A DNA stretch of 64,000 nt from an uncultured Phycisphaerales bacterium (GTDB lineage Bacteria; Planctomycetota; Phycisphaerae; Sedimentisphaerales; Anaerobacaceae). The notes under the pieces are model-generated. The model saw nothing but the letters and a program-made list of their open reading frames with translations. It was not told the DNA's origin and did not search any database. The position numbers were made by a program, and so were the translations under genes. The DNA is taken from contig OY970359.1 of the NCBI GenBank assembly GCA_963718665.1, positions 352,001-416,000 on the forward strand. Reading direction: 5' to 3'. Positions 1 to 9,895 of this stretch are shown here, one piece after another. The stretch's first letter is position 1. Each line of letters opens with the position of its first letter.

Positions 1-119
1 GATACATCAAGCTGGCCTGGAGCTGGCTGATAGTGGCAGGCACAGTGATGACGTTCGTCCTGGGCTATCTGTTCAGTTGTTTCGGGACGAGATTTAATAG
101 CAAAAGCCGGTCGTTTTAG
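1..119 (+). CDS. 3' end of a membrane protein, probably sodium:solute symporter (partial)
   Basis: Frame from base 3 reads YIKLAWSWLIVAGTVMTFVLGYLFS...* (stop 117-119); resembles the final TM helix of SSS transporters. Confidence 0.5.
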   Translation, partial: YIKLAWSWLIVAGTVMTFVLGYLFSCFGTRFNSKSRSF

Positions 120-161
120 AATTATCGCTTTTAGGGAGATATCAGATGATTCCGGCTACGC

Positions 162-1412
162 TCATTTATGCGCAATCCTGATTTCTTCGGCAATTATTTT
201 CAGGCCCGCTTCGACCTTATCAACATCCTGGGCGTAGCTTATTCGAATGCACTGCTGTTTGTGCTCCCAGTCATCTTCAAGGCCGGGGAAAAAGTAATGG
301 CCGGGAACTATGAGAACGCCGCGTTTTTTCAGCCGTCGATATAATTCAGCATCGGTAATCTTCAATCCGGGCAGCCAGAGCCACAAGAAGAACGCCCCTT
401 CCGGCTTGTGAATATGAAAATCAATTCCGTCGAGCAGTCCGCAAATTTTGGTGACCGCCCATTTTGCCTTGTCCTGGTAATAGGGTCTTATCACTTCTTT
501 ACTCAGCCGAACCAGTTCGCCTGTTCGTATAAGCTCAGTTCCAATCGCGGCGCCGATGCTGGCCGTGCTCAAGCTCATCACCGCGTTCATCTCCGAGACC
601 ATTTCGATAATTTTTTCTCCGGCGATAACAATACCCGTCCGCGTCGCAGGCAGACCGAACTTCGACAAGCTCATACATACAATAGTGTTTTCATTCCAAA
701 GCGGTCTTGTCTCCGTAAAGATTATATTCGGGAAAGGTGAACCGTATGCGTTGTCAATAATCAACGGGATACCTTTGGCCCGGGCAAGTGAATCGAGCTT
801 GGCGACTTCGGCGTCGGTCAGCACGTTGGCCGTGGGGTTGGTAGGCCTTGAAATACATATCGCGCCAATATTCTCGTCCACATTAAGACGGTCAAAATCC
901 ACATGATATTTGAAAATATGCTCATCGATATGCTCGATATCGGGCTTGTTCGCCGTAAACAACCCATCAGTAAAACCCACGTCGCAGTAGCCGGTATATT
1001 CAGGAGCGAGCGGCAGCAAAATTTTCTTTTTTGAGCCGTCTTCAAACTCGCCCGCGAAAATATTGAAGAGCATGAAAAACGCCGACTGACTGCCGGCAGT
1101 GAGCACGATGTTCGCCAGCCTGATGTTCCACCCGCATTCAGCCCGCAGCAATTCACAGATTGCCTCAATAAATTCCTTGTTGCCCTGCGGCGGGTCATAA
1201 TCCCCTACTGCTTTTTCGAATGCGCCTTTTTTCGCAAGAAGCCCGCTCATACACTGTCGAAAAACCCGGTCCACTTCAGGTATATGTGACGGGTTACCTC
1301 CTCCGAGCATCAGAACGTCAACACCGGCCTTTAGCCCCTCGCCCATATCAACCATTAACTGGCTGATTCCCGACCTGCGTTTTATCTTTTGACCAAACCT
1401 CGATACTTTCAT
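162..1412 (-). CDS. avtA: Valine--pyruvate aminotransferase
   Basis: MLGGGNP, GSQSAFF, LAPEY, SRPTNPT, IIDNAYG, SLSKFGLP PLP-lysine motif, HKPEGAFFLW. Confidence 0.92.
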   Translation of the reverse strand: MKVSRFGQKIKRRSGISQLMVDMGEGLKAGVDVLMLGGGNPSHIPEVDRVFRQCMSGLLAKKGAFEKAVGDYDPPQGNKEFIEAICELLRAECGWNIRLANIVLTAGSQSAFFMLFNIFAGEFEDGSKKKILLPLAPEYTGYCDVGFTDGLFTANKPDIEHIDEHIFKYHVDFDRLNVDENIGAICISRPTNPTANVLTDAEVAKLDSLARAKGIPLIIDNAYGSPFPNIIFTETRPLWNENTIVCMSLSKFGLPATRTGIVIAGEKIIEMVSEMNAVMSLSTASIGAAIGTELIRTGELVRLSKEVIRPYYQDKAKWAVTKICGLLDGIDFHIHKPEGAFFLWLWLPGLKITDAELYRRLKKRGVLIVPGHYFFPGLEDDWEHKQQCIRISYAQDVDKVEAGLKIIAEEIRIAHK

Positions 1413-1423
1413 TTCGCCGAAGT

Positions 1424-2626
1424 TTAATTCACTTTAATTTTTGCGAATTTGCGTTTGCCGACCTGTATTGTCATCCCGTTTGCGGGAGTGATTTGAGTAT
1501 TCGGGTCAGTAACCTTCTGGCCATCAATTGTTACGGCCGACTGGGCACACATACGCTTGGCATCGCCACCCGATTCGACAAGTTTGCAGTTGATGAGCAA
1601 CTGCTTTACTGAAGTCGGCTCAGCAGGTAATTTAAATTCCGGCATTTCATCGGGCAGTTGCTTTTGAGCAAAAACCTTTTCAAACTGCTCCGCAGCCGAA
1701 TCAGCGGCTACTGCATCGTAAAACTGCGAGATAATTGTTTTTGCAAGAAGAACTTTCGCCTCTTTGGGATGGGTCTTCTGCGAATTAGTCAGTTCGACAA
1801 TTTTTTCAGCAGGCAGGTCGGTAAGAAGCGTAAAGTAATTTGCCATCATATCATCGGAAATGCTCATCACCTTGCCGAACATATCGTTGGGCTGGTCGGT
1901 AACACCTATGTAATTACCCTTCGATTTGCTCATCTTCTCTTTGCCGTCCAGGCCGACGAGAATCGGAACGGTAATGACAATCTGTACCTGCTGACCATAA
2001 GCGCGTTGAATATCCCTGCCTACGAGATTATTGAAGGTCTGGTCTGTGCCGCCTAATTCGACGTCGCTTTTTACGGCAACAGAATCGTATCCCTGCATAA
2101 GCGGGTAAATAAATTCGTGCGTGTAAACATCGATATCTTTTTCAAGACGCAGCTTGAAACTATCTCGCTGGAGCATCTGAGCAACGGTCTTCTTGGCGGC
2201 AACCTGAATAAGCTCCATCAGGGTCATTTTTTCGAGCCATTCGGAGTTATGCCGGACTTCAAGTTTGTCGGATGAGGTATCGAGAATTTTGCCCGCCTGC
2301 TCGAAATATGTCTTCGCGTTTTTATCGATTTGCTCAGGCGAAAGCATCGGGCGAGTGGTATTCTGGCCTGTGGGATCACCTATGCGGGCAGTGTAATCCC
2401 CGATAATCAAAACGGCTTTGTGGCCCAGGTCCTGAAACTGGCGCATCTTGCGAAGCACAACGGTGTGTCCCAGATGAATATCGGGGCTTGTGGGGTCAAG
2501 GCCAAGCTTTATTCGGAGCTGGCGTTTATCTTTGGCGGCATTAGCAAGCTTTTCAGCCAATTCGGCCTCGGTGAAAATCTCAGCCGTGCCACGTTTGAGC
2601 AATTTCAACTGTTCCGGAATCTGCAT
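1424..2626 (-). CDS. tyrS: Tyrosine--tRNA ligase
   Basis: DPTSPDIHLGH (HIGH), LGGTDQ, KMSKS, C-terminal S4 domain (QVGKRKF). Confidence 0.97.
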   Translation of the reverse strand: MQIPEQLKLLKRGTAEIFTEAELAEKLANAAKDKRQLRIKLGLDPTSPDIHLGHTVVLRKMRQFQDLGHKAVLIIGDYTARIGDPTGQNTTRPMLSPEQIDKNAKTYFEQAGKILDTSSDKLEVRHNSEWLEKMTLMELIQVAAKKTVAQMLQRDSFKLRLEKDIDVYTHEFIYPLMQGYDSVAVKSDVELGGTDQTFNNLVGRDIQRAYGQQVQIVITVPILVGLDGKEKMSKSKGNYIGVTDQPNDMFGKVMSISDDMMANYFTLLTDLPAEKIVELTNSQKTHPKEAKVLLAKTIISQFYDAVAADSAAEQFEKVFAQKQLPDEMPEFKLPAEPTSVKQLLINCKLVESGGDAKRMCAQSAVTIDGQKVTDPNTQITPANGMTIQVGKRKFAKIKVN

Positions 2627-2682
2627 CGCAAAAAATCCTCATAAAAATCAGTAAATTCGCCGTCGGCGAACAAGTCGCGGCG

Positions 2683-2711
2683 ATTATACGCCTGCCGGAG
2701 GGGATTTGCAA
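2683..2711 (-). promoter_or_regulatory. sigma70-type promoter for tyrS-avtA
   Basis: Minus strand TTGCAA-N17-TATAAT about 56 nt upstream of the tyrS start. Confidence 0.65.
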
Positions 2712-2901
2712 CGCTTATACCTGTTATGACTGACCACAGCTTGAATCAATTAAGTAAACCATCTTAGCCAGGGGCGGAGGCAAAGTATTGAACTGGTATC
2801 TTGAGGCAATCAAATCTTGACCCATTCTATGCAGGCGATACAATAACGGCCGGAATCAGAATTTAAAGTCGCATTTGGTGTAATAGATTCGGGAGAAGAG
2901 T

Positions 2902-3300
2902 ATGTTTGAAGACCAATCGGAACAGGAAGTATCCTCGATGGCAACAGCCAGAATAGGACTGGCGATAATTTTTGTCGTCCTTGCGATACCGTTAGGTGTC
3001 TGGGTGCTAACTACCGTTAACGCATCCATACACGACATGAACACACCAGCGATAGTGCAAAAAATAGTTCCCGCAACGGGCATTTCCTGCGATATAAACA
3101 CTCCGGCGGGCAAATTCGAGCTGCCGAAGCCGATGTTCGCGGGTATGTCTTATTTCATTCTTTATTTGTTCCTTCTCATACCAACGGCAATAGTAATAGC
3201 CCTTATCAAAGGCAGTGTTGCGCTGCTTAATCCCGATTTAAAAAGACAATTGCAGCGATTCACCGAATCGATACGAAAATCAATTGCCCCGAAACAGTAA
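2902..3300 (+). CDS. Hypothetical membrane protein (2 TM)
   Basis: Two hydrophobic segments; upstream TTGACC-N16-TACAAT; alternative start at 2938. Confidence 0.7.
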   Translation: MFEDQSEQEVSSMATARIGLAIIFVVLAIPLGVWVLTTVNASIHDMNTPAIVQKIVPATGISCDINTPAGKFELPKPMFAGMSYFILYLFLLIPTAIVIALIKGSVALLNPDLKRQLQRFTESIRKSIAPKQ

Positions 3301-3319
3301 CGGCACAGGACATGACTAT

Positions 3320-4462
3320 CTACAATCCGATTTCGGCATCGGTGAGGTAACAGTCGGGTTCTAATCGCCAATTTTTTATGTCGGGGTCGGAGCCGAGGAA
3401 GCGGAAGTTGCCCTTGCACAAATCAAACCATTTGCATTTGAGGCAGCGTTTGTCGGCAAACTTCGATTTATTGCGAAGTTTATGCAGTACGGGTTCGTTT
3501 TCATTTGTCCAGATTTGTTTGAAGCTCTTTTGAGTAACATTGCCTAAGGGGTAACTTCGCCAGAACTGGTCGGCATAAACGCTGCCATCCCAGCCGACTG
3601 AGGAGATTTTTTCGCCTATGCGATTGCCGCCATTGGAGACAAGCAACTGCTTTTGCTGGTCGATATTTTTCCCCTGCTGCTGCATTTTTACAAGCAGATA
3701 TGGCCCATCGGCGTGATTGCCGACAGTGAGGACCTCATCGAGAAAACCTTTGGCAACAAAATCGGCGGCGCGTTCCAGAATCACGTCCATAACCTTTCGG
3801 GTGTCGGACGAAGAAACAACCTGCGACTCGATATCTTTTGCCCTGCCGGACCTTATGAGGTGATAAAAACAAACTCGTCTTACACCGTTATCTTTGCAGA
3901 TATCGAAAACAGCGGGGACCTGCTCTTTATTAGAATTGCTGATTGTAAAACGCAGGCCCGTCCGCAGGTTCGTTTTTCTGCAGTTTTCGAAGCCGGTCAT
4001 AGTCGCTTTGAAGCAGCCGCTTGTTTGGCGAAAACGGTTGTGAAATTCTTCCGGGCCGTCGATTGAAATCCCGACGTAGCCGACGTTCGCCTCGGCAAGC
4101 TTATTGGCTGTGTCGCCGTCGATAAGTGTGCCGTTGGTGGAGATGACTGTTCGCAAACCGATGCGTTTGGCTTCGGCGAGCAATTCAAACAAGTCGGGAC
4201 GAAGAAGCGGCTCACCGCCTGAGAACAATACTACGGGAGCGTTCACCTCAAGAGTATCATTCAGGAGTTTTTTCGCCTGGGCAGTGTAAAGTTCGGTGTC
4301 ACGGCGTGTCGAATCGGAGGCGGCGTAGCAGTGGAGGCAGCGAAGATTGCAGCGAGAGGTACAGTTATAGACAACGATGGGGCCAACGGAATCTCTATTG
4401 CCGTAACGCAAATGGTCGGATTGTCCCGCAAGGCCGCAATATAACTTTGAGATATTTATCAT
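3320..4462 (-). CDS. ahbC: Radical SAM/SPASM haem biosynthesis protein, AhbC/NirJ1-like
   Basis: MINISKLYCG N-terminus, CNLRCLHC, FSGGEP, VCFYHL, NHADG, DQFW, SPASM cysteines; follows cobA/hemD. Confidence 0.85.
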   Translation of the reverse strand: MINISKLYCGLAGQSDHLRYGNRDSVGPIVVYNCTSRCNLRCLHCYAASDSTRRDTELYTAQAKKLLNDTLEVNAPVVLFSGGEPLLRPDLFELLAEAKRIGLRTVISTNGTLIDGDTANKLAEANVGYVGISIDGPEEFHNRFRQTSGCFKATMTGFENCRKTNLRTGLRFTISNSNKEQVPAVFDICKDNGVRRVCFYHLIRSGRAKDIESQVVSSSDTRKVMDVILERAADFVAKGFLDEVLTVGNHADGPYLLVKMQQQGKNIDQQKQLLVSNGGNRIGEKISSVGWDGSVYADQFWRSYPLGNVTQKSFKQIWTNENEPVLHKLRNKSKFADKRCLKCKWFDLCKGNFRFLGSDPDIKNWRLEPDCYLTDAEIGL

Positions 4463-6009
4463 TTAGCCGTTGTTCGTCGTTCGTATTTCGTATTTTGTAT
4501 TTCGTGCTGTTCGATGGCGGCAAGCAAGCCGTCAAAAGTATGCTCAGACGCCTCAACATCAACTTTTACGCCAAGCTCGGCAAGTTTTTTAGATGTAACC
4601 GGGCCTATTGAGGCGACTTTGGCATCTTTGGATTTTACGAAATCGACTGAAACCTGTTCAAAAAAGCACGTTGCGGCGAAAGGACTCGCAAAGGTCAGCC
4701 AGTGAATCGGCCTATCAGACAACGGTTTCATATCGCATAAGTTTTTTTCGTGGGTATAGACAGGGACATTATCTACCGATGCGCCGGCGGCTTCGAGCAA
4801 TTGCGGCAGGTCATCGGAAGCAATTAATGAACGCAGAAGCAGGACTTTTTTGCCGCGGAGGTTTGTAAAGTCGACAAGCCCCCTTGCAAGGTCTTTGCTG
4901 GTAAAGGCATTCGGGACAAAGTCAGCTTTGATGCCAAATCTCGCGAGTGTTTCGGCGGTCCTGACACCGATGGCGGCGATTTGGGCTGAGCCGAAGGCAC
5001 GGGCGTCCTTACCGAGTTTTGCCAGCGCAGCGAAAAAGGTCTCGACGCCGTTGCAGCTTGTGAAGATTACCCAGTCGTAAGCGTGAATCCGGGTGAGTGT
5101 TTTTATAAAGTCACTTGAGCCAGTAAGCGTTTTGATTTTGGTAACTGGTATTTCAATGGTAACAGCCATCCTGCCTGCGATTTTTTCGGCGAATTCGGCG
5201 CTTCCTTCAGCATCGCGTGTAACTACCACTGTTTTCCCGAACAAGGGTAATTCAGCAAGCCAGTTGAGTCGTGAGTCGCCGGCGGCGGTCGGGCCAATGA
5301 AAACAAGTGCTGGCGGCGTGATTTTATTTTGGGCGCAGCTATCGGCGATTGTTGTCAGGGTAGCTTTGACGAATTTTTGCGTTGGCAGCGTCGCATCGGC
5401 AACTACGGCCGACGGTGTTTCAGGGGACATACCATTTTCGATGAGCCGACGAGCAATACCGTCGAGATTTTCCATCCCCATATAAAAGACGATTGTGCCG
5501 GTGAATTTGGCGAGCAACTGCCAATCGATGCCAGTTTGTTGTTTACCTTCAGCTTCGTGGCCCGTAACAAATATAACTTCGGATGCAAACGCCCTGTCGG
5601 TAAGAGCGATACCGGAATAACAGCTTGCGGCAAGCGCGGCAGTAACACCCGGCACGACCTCGAAGTCGATTCCGGCTTCTGCAAGAACAGCCGCCTCTTC
5701 AGTCCCCCTGCCGAAAATATACGGGTCGCCCCCTTTGAGGCGAACTACGGATTTACCCTCGCCGGCTTTTTGGACGAGCAGATTATTAATCTGCTCCTGC
5801 CTGAATGATTCAGGCCCGACGCGTTTGGGGACGGCAAGCAGTTCCGCATCCGGACGGGCATAACTCAAAAGGCCCGGATTAGCAAGCTTGTCGTAAATAA
5901 TACAATCGGCGCATTTGAGCAATTCCAGGCCGCGGACCGTAATCAGGTCCGGCCGACCAGGCCCGGCACCAACTAAGTAAACCTTACCTTTTCTATTCGT
6001 CACATTCAT
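4459..6009 (-). CDS. cobA: Fused uroporphyrinogen-III C-methyltransferase / uroporphyrinogen-III synthase
   Basis: VYLVGAGPG, VVRLKGGDP, VVPGVT, then HemD domain (FTSCNGV, AAIG, SIGPVT); true start near 6009, not 6519, which would overlap pyrD. Confidence 0.93.
   Translation of the reverse strand: MNVTNRKGKVYLVGAGPGRPDLITVRGLELLKCADCIIYDKLANPGLLSYARPDAELLAVPKRVGPESFRQEQINNLLVQKAGEGKSVVRLKGGDPYIFGRGTEEAAVLAEAGIDFEVVPGVTAALAASCYSGIALTDRAFASEVIFVTGHEAEGKQQTGIDWQLLAKFTGTIVFYMGMENLDGIARRLIENGMSPETPSAVVADATLPTQKFVKATLTTIADSCAQNKITPPALVFIGPTAAGDSRLNWLAELPLFGKTVVVTRDAEGSAEFAEKIAGRMAVTIEIPVTKIKTLTGSSDFIKTLTRIHAYDWVIFTSCNGVETFFAALAKLGKDARAFGSAQIAAIGVRTAETLARFGIKADFVPNAFTSKDLARGLVDFTNLRGKKVLLLRSLIASDDLPQLLEAAGASVDNVPVYTHEKNLCDMKPLSDRPIHWLTFASPFAATCFFEQVSVDFVKSKDAKVASIGPVTSKKLAELGVKVDVEASEHTFDGLLAAIEQHEIQNTKYERRTTAK
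4468..4506 (-). repeat. Heptamer tandem array (TACGAAA-like) at the cobA 3' end
   Basis: Minus strand cacgaaa tacaaaa tacgaaa tacgaac gacgaac aacg, encoding HEIQNTKYERRT. Confidence 0.7.
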
Positions 6010-6081
6010 AAGATTCGTAATGATTGTATTATATCCCTTTGGGCAGTAGAATATAATCCCTAAATATAATGCGGAGGCACA

Positions 6082-7014
6082 ATGGAAAACCAGATTGATA
6101 TGTCGGTTGAGTTCGCGGGTTTGAAAACGGCTAATCCTGTGTGGACGGCCTCGGGAACGTGCGGCTACGCCGACGAACTGGGCGATTTTATGGACGTCGG
6201 CAAACTCGGCGGGTTTATTACCAAAAGCGTTACAATAAAACCCCGGCAGGGAAACCCGACGCCGAGAATAGTCGAAACCGACAGCGGTATGCTCAACGCC
6301 ATAGGGCTCGCCAACGTGGGCGTCGATGAGTTTATCGCGGAGAAACTGCCCGCGATTGAAAAAATGTCCTGTGCGGTATTTGTGAATATCGCGGGCGAGA
6401 CAATCGAAGATTACGTCGCAGTCGCACAACGGCTTTGCGAACAGAAAGCGATAGCGGGTTTCGAGCTTAATATCAGTTGCCCAAATGTGAAACAAGGAGG
6501 AATCACCTTTGGGACTCAACCGGCGTTGGTCAAAGAAATCACCTCGGCTGTCAAATCGGCCTGCGGAAGTAAAATACTGATGGTCAAGCTCACGCCCAGC
6601 GTTACGGATATAGCAGTAACCGCAAAGGCAGCCGTCGAAGGCGGCGCCGATGCGCTCAGCTTAATCAATACCTTTACCGCTATGGTCATAGACATTGAAA
6701 CGCGCAAACCCGTGCTTGCGAACCGCACAGGCGGTCTGTCAGGCCCGGCGATAAAACCGATTGCCATTTATATGGTCAACAAGGCCTTTAACGAGGTAAC
6801 AAAGGGGACGCAAGTGCCGATTCTTGGTATGGGCGGGATAAGGACCGCCTCAGACGCGATTGAATTTATCCTGGCAGGCGCAACAGCCGTCGCGGTCGGG
6901 ACATCGAATTTCGTCGACCCTAATTGTGCCGTGAAAATTATCGACGGAATTCATAAATATTGCGACAGCCACGGCGTAGCAGCCATCAGGGACCTTATTG
7001 GTAAAGTTGAATGA
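6082..7014 (+). CDS. pyrD: Dihydroorotate dehydrogenase, family 1B catalytic subunit
   Basis: ASGTCG, GNPTPR, NAIGLAN, NISCPN, KLTP, INT, GGLSG, GMGGI. Confidence 0.95.
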   Translation: MENQIDMSVEFAGLKTANPVWTASGTCGYADELGDFMDVGKLGGFITKSVTIKPRQGNPTPRIVETDSGMLNAIGLANVGVDEFIAEKLPAIEKMSCAVFVNIAGETIEDYVAVAQRLCEQKAIAGFELNISCPNVKQGGITFGTQPALVKEITSAVKSACGSKILMVKLTPSVTDIAVTAKAAVEGGADALSLINTFTAMVIDIETRKPVLANRTGGLSGPAIKPIAIYMVNKAFNEVTKGTQVPILGMGGIRTASDAIEFILAGATAVAVGTSNFVDPNCAVKIIDGIHKYCDSHGVAAIRDLIGKVE

Positions 7015-8552
7015 TAAAGATGACTAAAATCATCGTAACACTGGTAATAGGACTGGCCCTTGTTTGCGGCACAAGCCAGGCAGCCGAGAAAATTGCCCTG
7101 ACCGACTTATCGGCGTGGCTGCCAAACAGCGAATGGAACACCGCCGGGGACGCATTCGAGCATCCGCGCAACGAATACCTTTTGTCGGTAAGGCAAGGCA
7201 CGGGCGTCATAATCAACGGACGAAAGGGTAAAAGCCCGCCGCTTGCGAGCAGGGAAGAATTCGGCGACGCGCGGATACACGTTGAGTTTGTGATACCGAA
7301 AAACTCGAACTCCGGCGTGTACATCCAGGGCCAATATGAGGTCCAGATACTTGACAGCTGGACCGATGCCAACATCCCGTATCCGGGCGGCGAATGCGGG
7401 GGGATATACCCTCGCTGGGATGAAACCAGACCCGGAAAATCATACGACGGCCATTCGGCTTTAGTGAACGCCTCACGTCCGCCCGGACAGTGGCAAACCT
7501 ATGATATTATCTTTCGCGCAGCCAGGTTCGACAGCGAAGGGAAGAAAATCGCCAACGCAAAAGTAATAAGAATATGGCAAAATGGAACACTTATACAAAA
7601 AGACGTGGAACTGACCGGCCCCACCAGAGGCAGTTTCAAACCCAATGACCTGCCCAAAGGGCCGCTTGCCCTTCAGGGCGACCACGGGCCGGTGGCATTT
7701 AGAAATATATGGGTCGTTCCTCTTGATTTTGACAAGACGGGATTGACGAACCCGTTTTTCGCGATGGATACGGGCACGATTGATGAAACGCACAAGTCCG
7801 CCCAGGCCCAGGTCGATATGCTTAAAGAGCTGGGGTACGCAGGGATAGGATACTGGGAAGGAAACCCCGCGCAGGGCACAGCTGGCATTGTTGAAATGCT
7901 TGGCGAACTCGATAAATCAAACCTCAAAATGTTCGGGGTGTATTTCGCGATAAAACTCGAAGACCCGCCTGAAAAATATACGGCATTGATTGAGAACAGC
8001 ATCAGGACGCTGACAGGCCGCAAGACAACGATATGGCTGGCAATGACCAGCGATGTTCATCAAAAATCATCGGTCAGCGGCGATGAGCAGGCGGTCGCGA
8101 TAATCAACGGGATAGCCGACATCGCAAATAAGAACGATATCGCGGTCGCCCTGTATCCGCATGAGAACTTCTGGCTTGAGAAAGTCGAGGATGCCGTTCG
8201 CCTCGCGGAAAAAAGCAACAGGCGCAACGTAGGCGTCATTTTTAACCTCTATCACTGGCTAAAAACCGATAAACCCGCGAATCTGCAAACCATCCTGGCT
8301 AAAACGTCGCCCTACCTGCTTATCGTAACGATAAACGGCACAACCGAAGCCGGCTCAATAGAAACACTGGACAAAGGGACCTATGACGTTTATTCGTTCC
8401 TGCAATCGCTGAAACAGGCCGGTTTCAAAGGCCCCATAGGGTTACAGGGCTATGGTTTAAGCGGCGATATCCGCGAAAACCTCAGACGCTCGATGCTGGC
8501 CTGGCGCGAGTTTTCGCAACGGCTGGCGGTCCAGGACGCCGAAAAACTTTAA
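7011..8552 (+). CDS. Secreted DUF1080 (3-keto-disaccharide hydrolase-like) domain fused to a xylose-isomerase-like TIM barrel
   Basis: Signal peptide; NSGVY..YEVQILDS, PGQWQTYDI, LQGDHGPVAFRNIW; C-terminal ALYPH, FNLYHW, GPIGLQGY. Confidence 0.85.
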   Translation: MIKMTKIIVTLVIGLALVCGTSQAAEKIALTDLSAWLPNSEWNTAGDAFEHPRNEYLLSVRQGTGVIINGRKGKSPPLASREEFGDARIHVEFVIPKNSNSGVYIQGQYEVQILDSWTDANIPYPGGECGGIYPRWDETRPGKSYDGHSALVNASRPPGQWQTYDIIFRAARFDSEGKKIANAKVIRIWQNGTLIQKDVELTGPTRGSFKPNDLPKGPLALQGDHGPVAFRNIWVVPLDFDKTGLTNPFFAMDTGTIDETHKSAQAQVDMLKELGYAGIGYWEGNPAQGTAGIVEMLGELDKSNLKMFGVYFAIKLEDPPEKYTALIENSIRTLTGRKTTIWLAMTSDVHQKSSVSGDEQAVAIINGIADIANKNDIAVALYPHENFWLEKVEDAVRLAEKSNRRNVGVIFNLYHWLKTDKPANLQTILAKTSPYLLIVTINGTTEAGSIETLDKGTYDVYSFLQSLKQAGFKGPIGLQGYGLSGDIRENLRRSMLAWREFSQRLAVQDAEKL

Positions 8553-8631
8553 AACCTCATCCACGCAAACGCCCCGAATTTAGGCACACAATCTTTGGGA
8601 CGGATTTAATGCCAAAAAACGCCCAAAAAGA

Positions 8632-8660
8632 TTGACAAAGCACGTCCCATAAACTATACT
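8632..8660 (+). promoter_or_regulatory. sigma70-type promoter
   Basis: TTGACA-N17-TATACT. Confidence 0.75.
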
Positions 8661-8726
8661 GGTTATGTGTCAGAGTATTCTTTCCACACTTAACGTTATG
8701 ATATTTGAGTTTTTAAGGAGAACCAA

Positions 8727-9704
8727 ATGACCTCTAAAAGAACAAAAGGATTTACCATTGTCGAGCTGCTCACGGTAATGAGCATTATCATTATTCTGAT
8801 GAGCATCCTTATGCCGGGCCTGCAGAGAACCCGCAGATACGCCAGGGTCGTAGTCCAGAGGAGCCAGTTCAGCGATATCAGCAAAGCTCTCGAATTATAT
8901 CGCAACGACCATCAGGAAACATACCCCGATTCAGGGGCGACAGATGGCAATGCAACAACAAACGCCGGTTACTGCGGCGCAATGAAACTCTGCGAAGCAT
9001 TGGTAGGCCAGGATGGTATGGGATTGGACCCTTCATCTACCTTCCAGGCCAAAACAAGCACTTATCTTTTCGACCTGTGCGTACAAACAGACTCTGCTAC
9101 CATCAGCAACACTCCCGCTTTAGTAACAAATTTGCAGGAAAGAACCAAATACCTTGATTCCGATAGCATAAAAGCCGCACGTCTTAAAGATTTGTACCCT
9201 TGGTATACGTCTTCCACTGGTACAAATTACTACGCCCCAAAAGCATCATTTCAGGCCACTGTGGACGCAGTTCCAGCAACATCTCCATCCTCATATCCGA
9301 ATTCCGTGCTCACCGATGCATTTCTGCGAACCCCTTCTGCCTGTGGCGGCAAAAAACTTGGTATGCCCATCCTTTATTATAAAGCCGACACAACTAAACT
9401 GGTCCATGACCCCAACTTTGACCCAACTTCAGGCATATATAACAGCATGACCACCAATCCCAGCATTTACAACTTTGATGATAACTATGGGCTTATAGGG
9501 CTTGGCTGCCCCTGGGAAAGTACACAGACAACTGTCCAACCGATGTATGGAACCGCAAACATCAAACTTTTCTACAAGGCAATTACCAATGCAGCCATTA
9601 CCTCCACCTCAAGACCGCACAACGAAGATTCATATATCCTTTTGTCAGCCGGCTGGGATGGCTTATACGGAACAAGCGACGACGTGTATAACTTCTCTAA
9701 TTAA
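8727..9704 (+). CDS. Type II secretion / prepilin-type N-terminal methylation domain protein
   Basis: KG^FTIVELL cleavage motif; C-terminal YILLSAGWDGLYGTSDD (GspG-like); RBS AAGGAG. Confidence 0.88.
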   Translation: MTSKRTKGFTIVELLTVMSIIIILMSILMPGLQRTRRYARVVVQRSQFSDISKALELYRNDHQETYPDSGATDGNATTNAGYCGAMKLCEALVGQDGMGLDPSSTFQAKTSTYLFDLCVQTDSATISNTPALVTNLQERTKYLDSDSIKAARLKDLYPWYTSSTGTNYYAPKASFQATVDAVPATSPSSYPNSVLTDAFLRTPSACGGKKLGMPILYYKADTTKLVHDPNFDPTSGIYNSMTTNPSIYNFDDNYGLIGLGCPWESTQTTVQPMYGTANIKLFYKAITNAAITSTSRPHNEDSYILLSAGWDGLYGTSDDVYNFSN

Positions 9705-9733
9705 AAACATCTTACCGCAGAGATAAAAAATTT

Positions 9734-9772
9734 ACTGCCGCGAGGTAGAAGGGCCTCGCGGCAGTTTTATTT
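9734..9772 (+). terminator. Rho-independent terminator
   Basis: actgccgcgagg-loop-cctcgcggcagt followed by tttattt. Confidence 0.85.
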
Positions 9773-9774
9773 AT

Positions 9775-9895
9775 AGACACGGAATAATTTTATCAGACAC
9801 CGATTAACACTGATTTACACGGTAAAAACAAAACAGTGTTACCTATCCTGAGCTTGTCGAAGGAATCCTGTGTAAATCTGCGTCAAAAAAATATT
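9775..9895. repeat. 9-mer periodic inverted repeat (CACTGATTA family) with nested REP-like insert
   Basis: gacaccgattaacactgatttacacgg ... cagtgtta[cctatcctgagcttgtcgaagg]aatcctgtgtaaatctgcgtc. Confidence 0.75.

Noticed and set aside
660..676. cttcgacaagctca REP-like word inside avtA
   Set aside because: It encodes the conserved MSLSKFG PLP-binding motif, so the match is coincidental
2627..2690. T-box riboswitch upstream of tyrS
   Set aside because: Leader is too short and has no T-box motif or terminator
6010..6519. 170-aa N-terminal extension of CobA in the ORF track
   Set aside because: Antisense shadow of pyrD; the real start is near 6009
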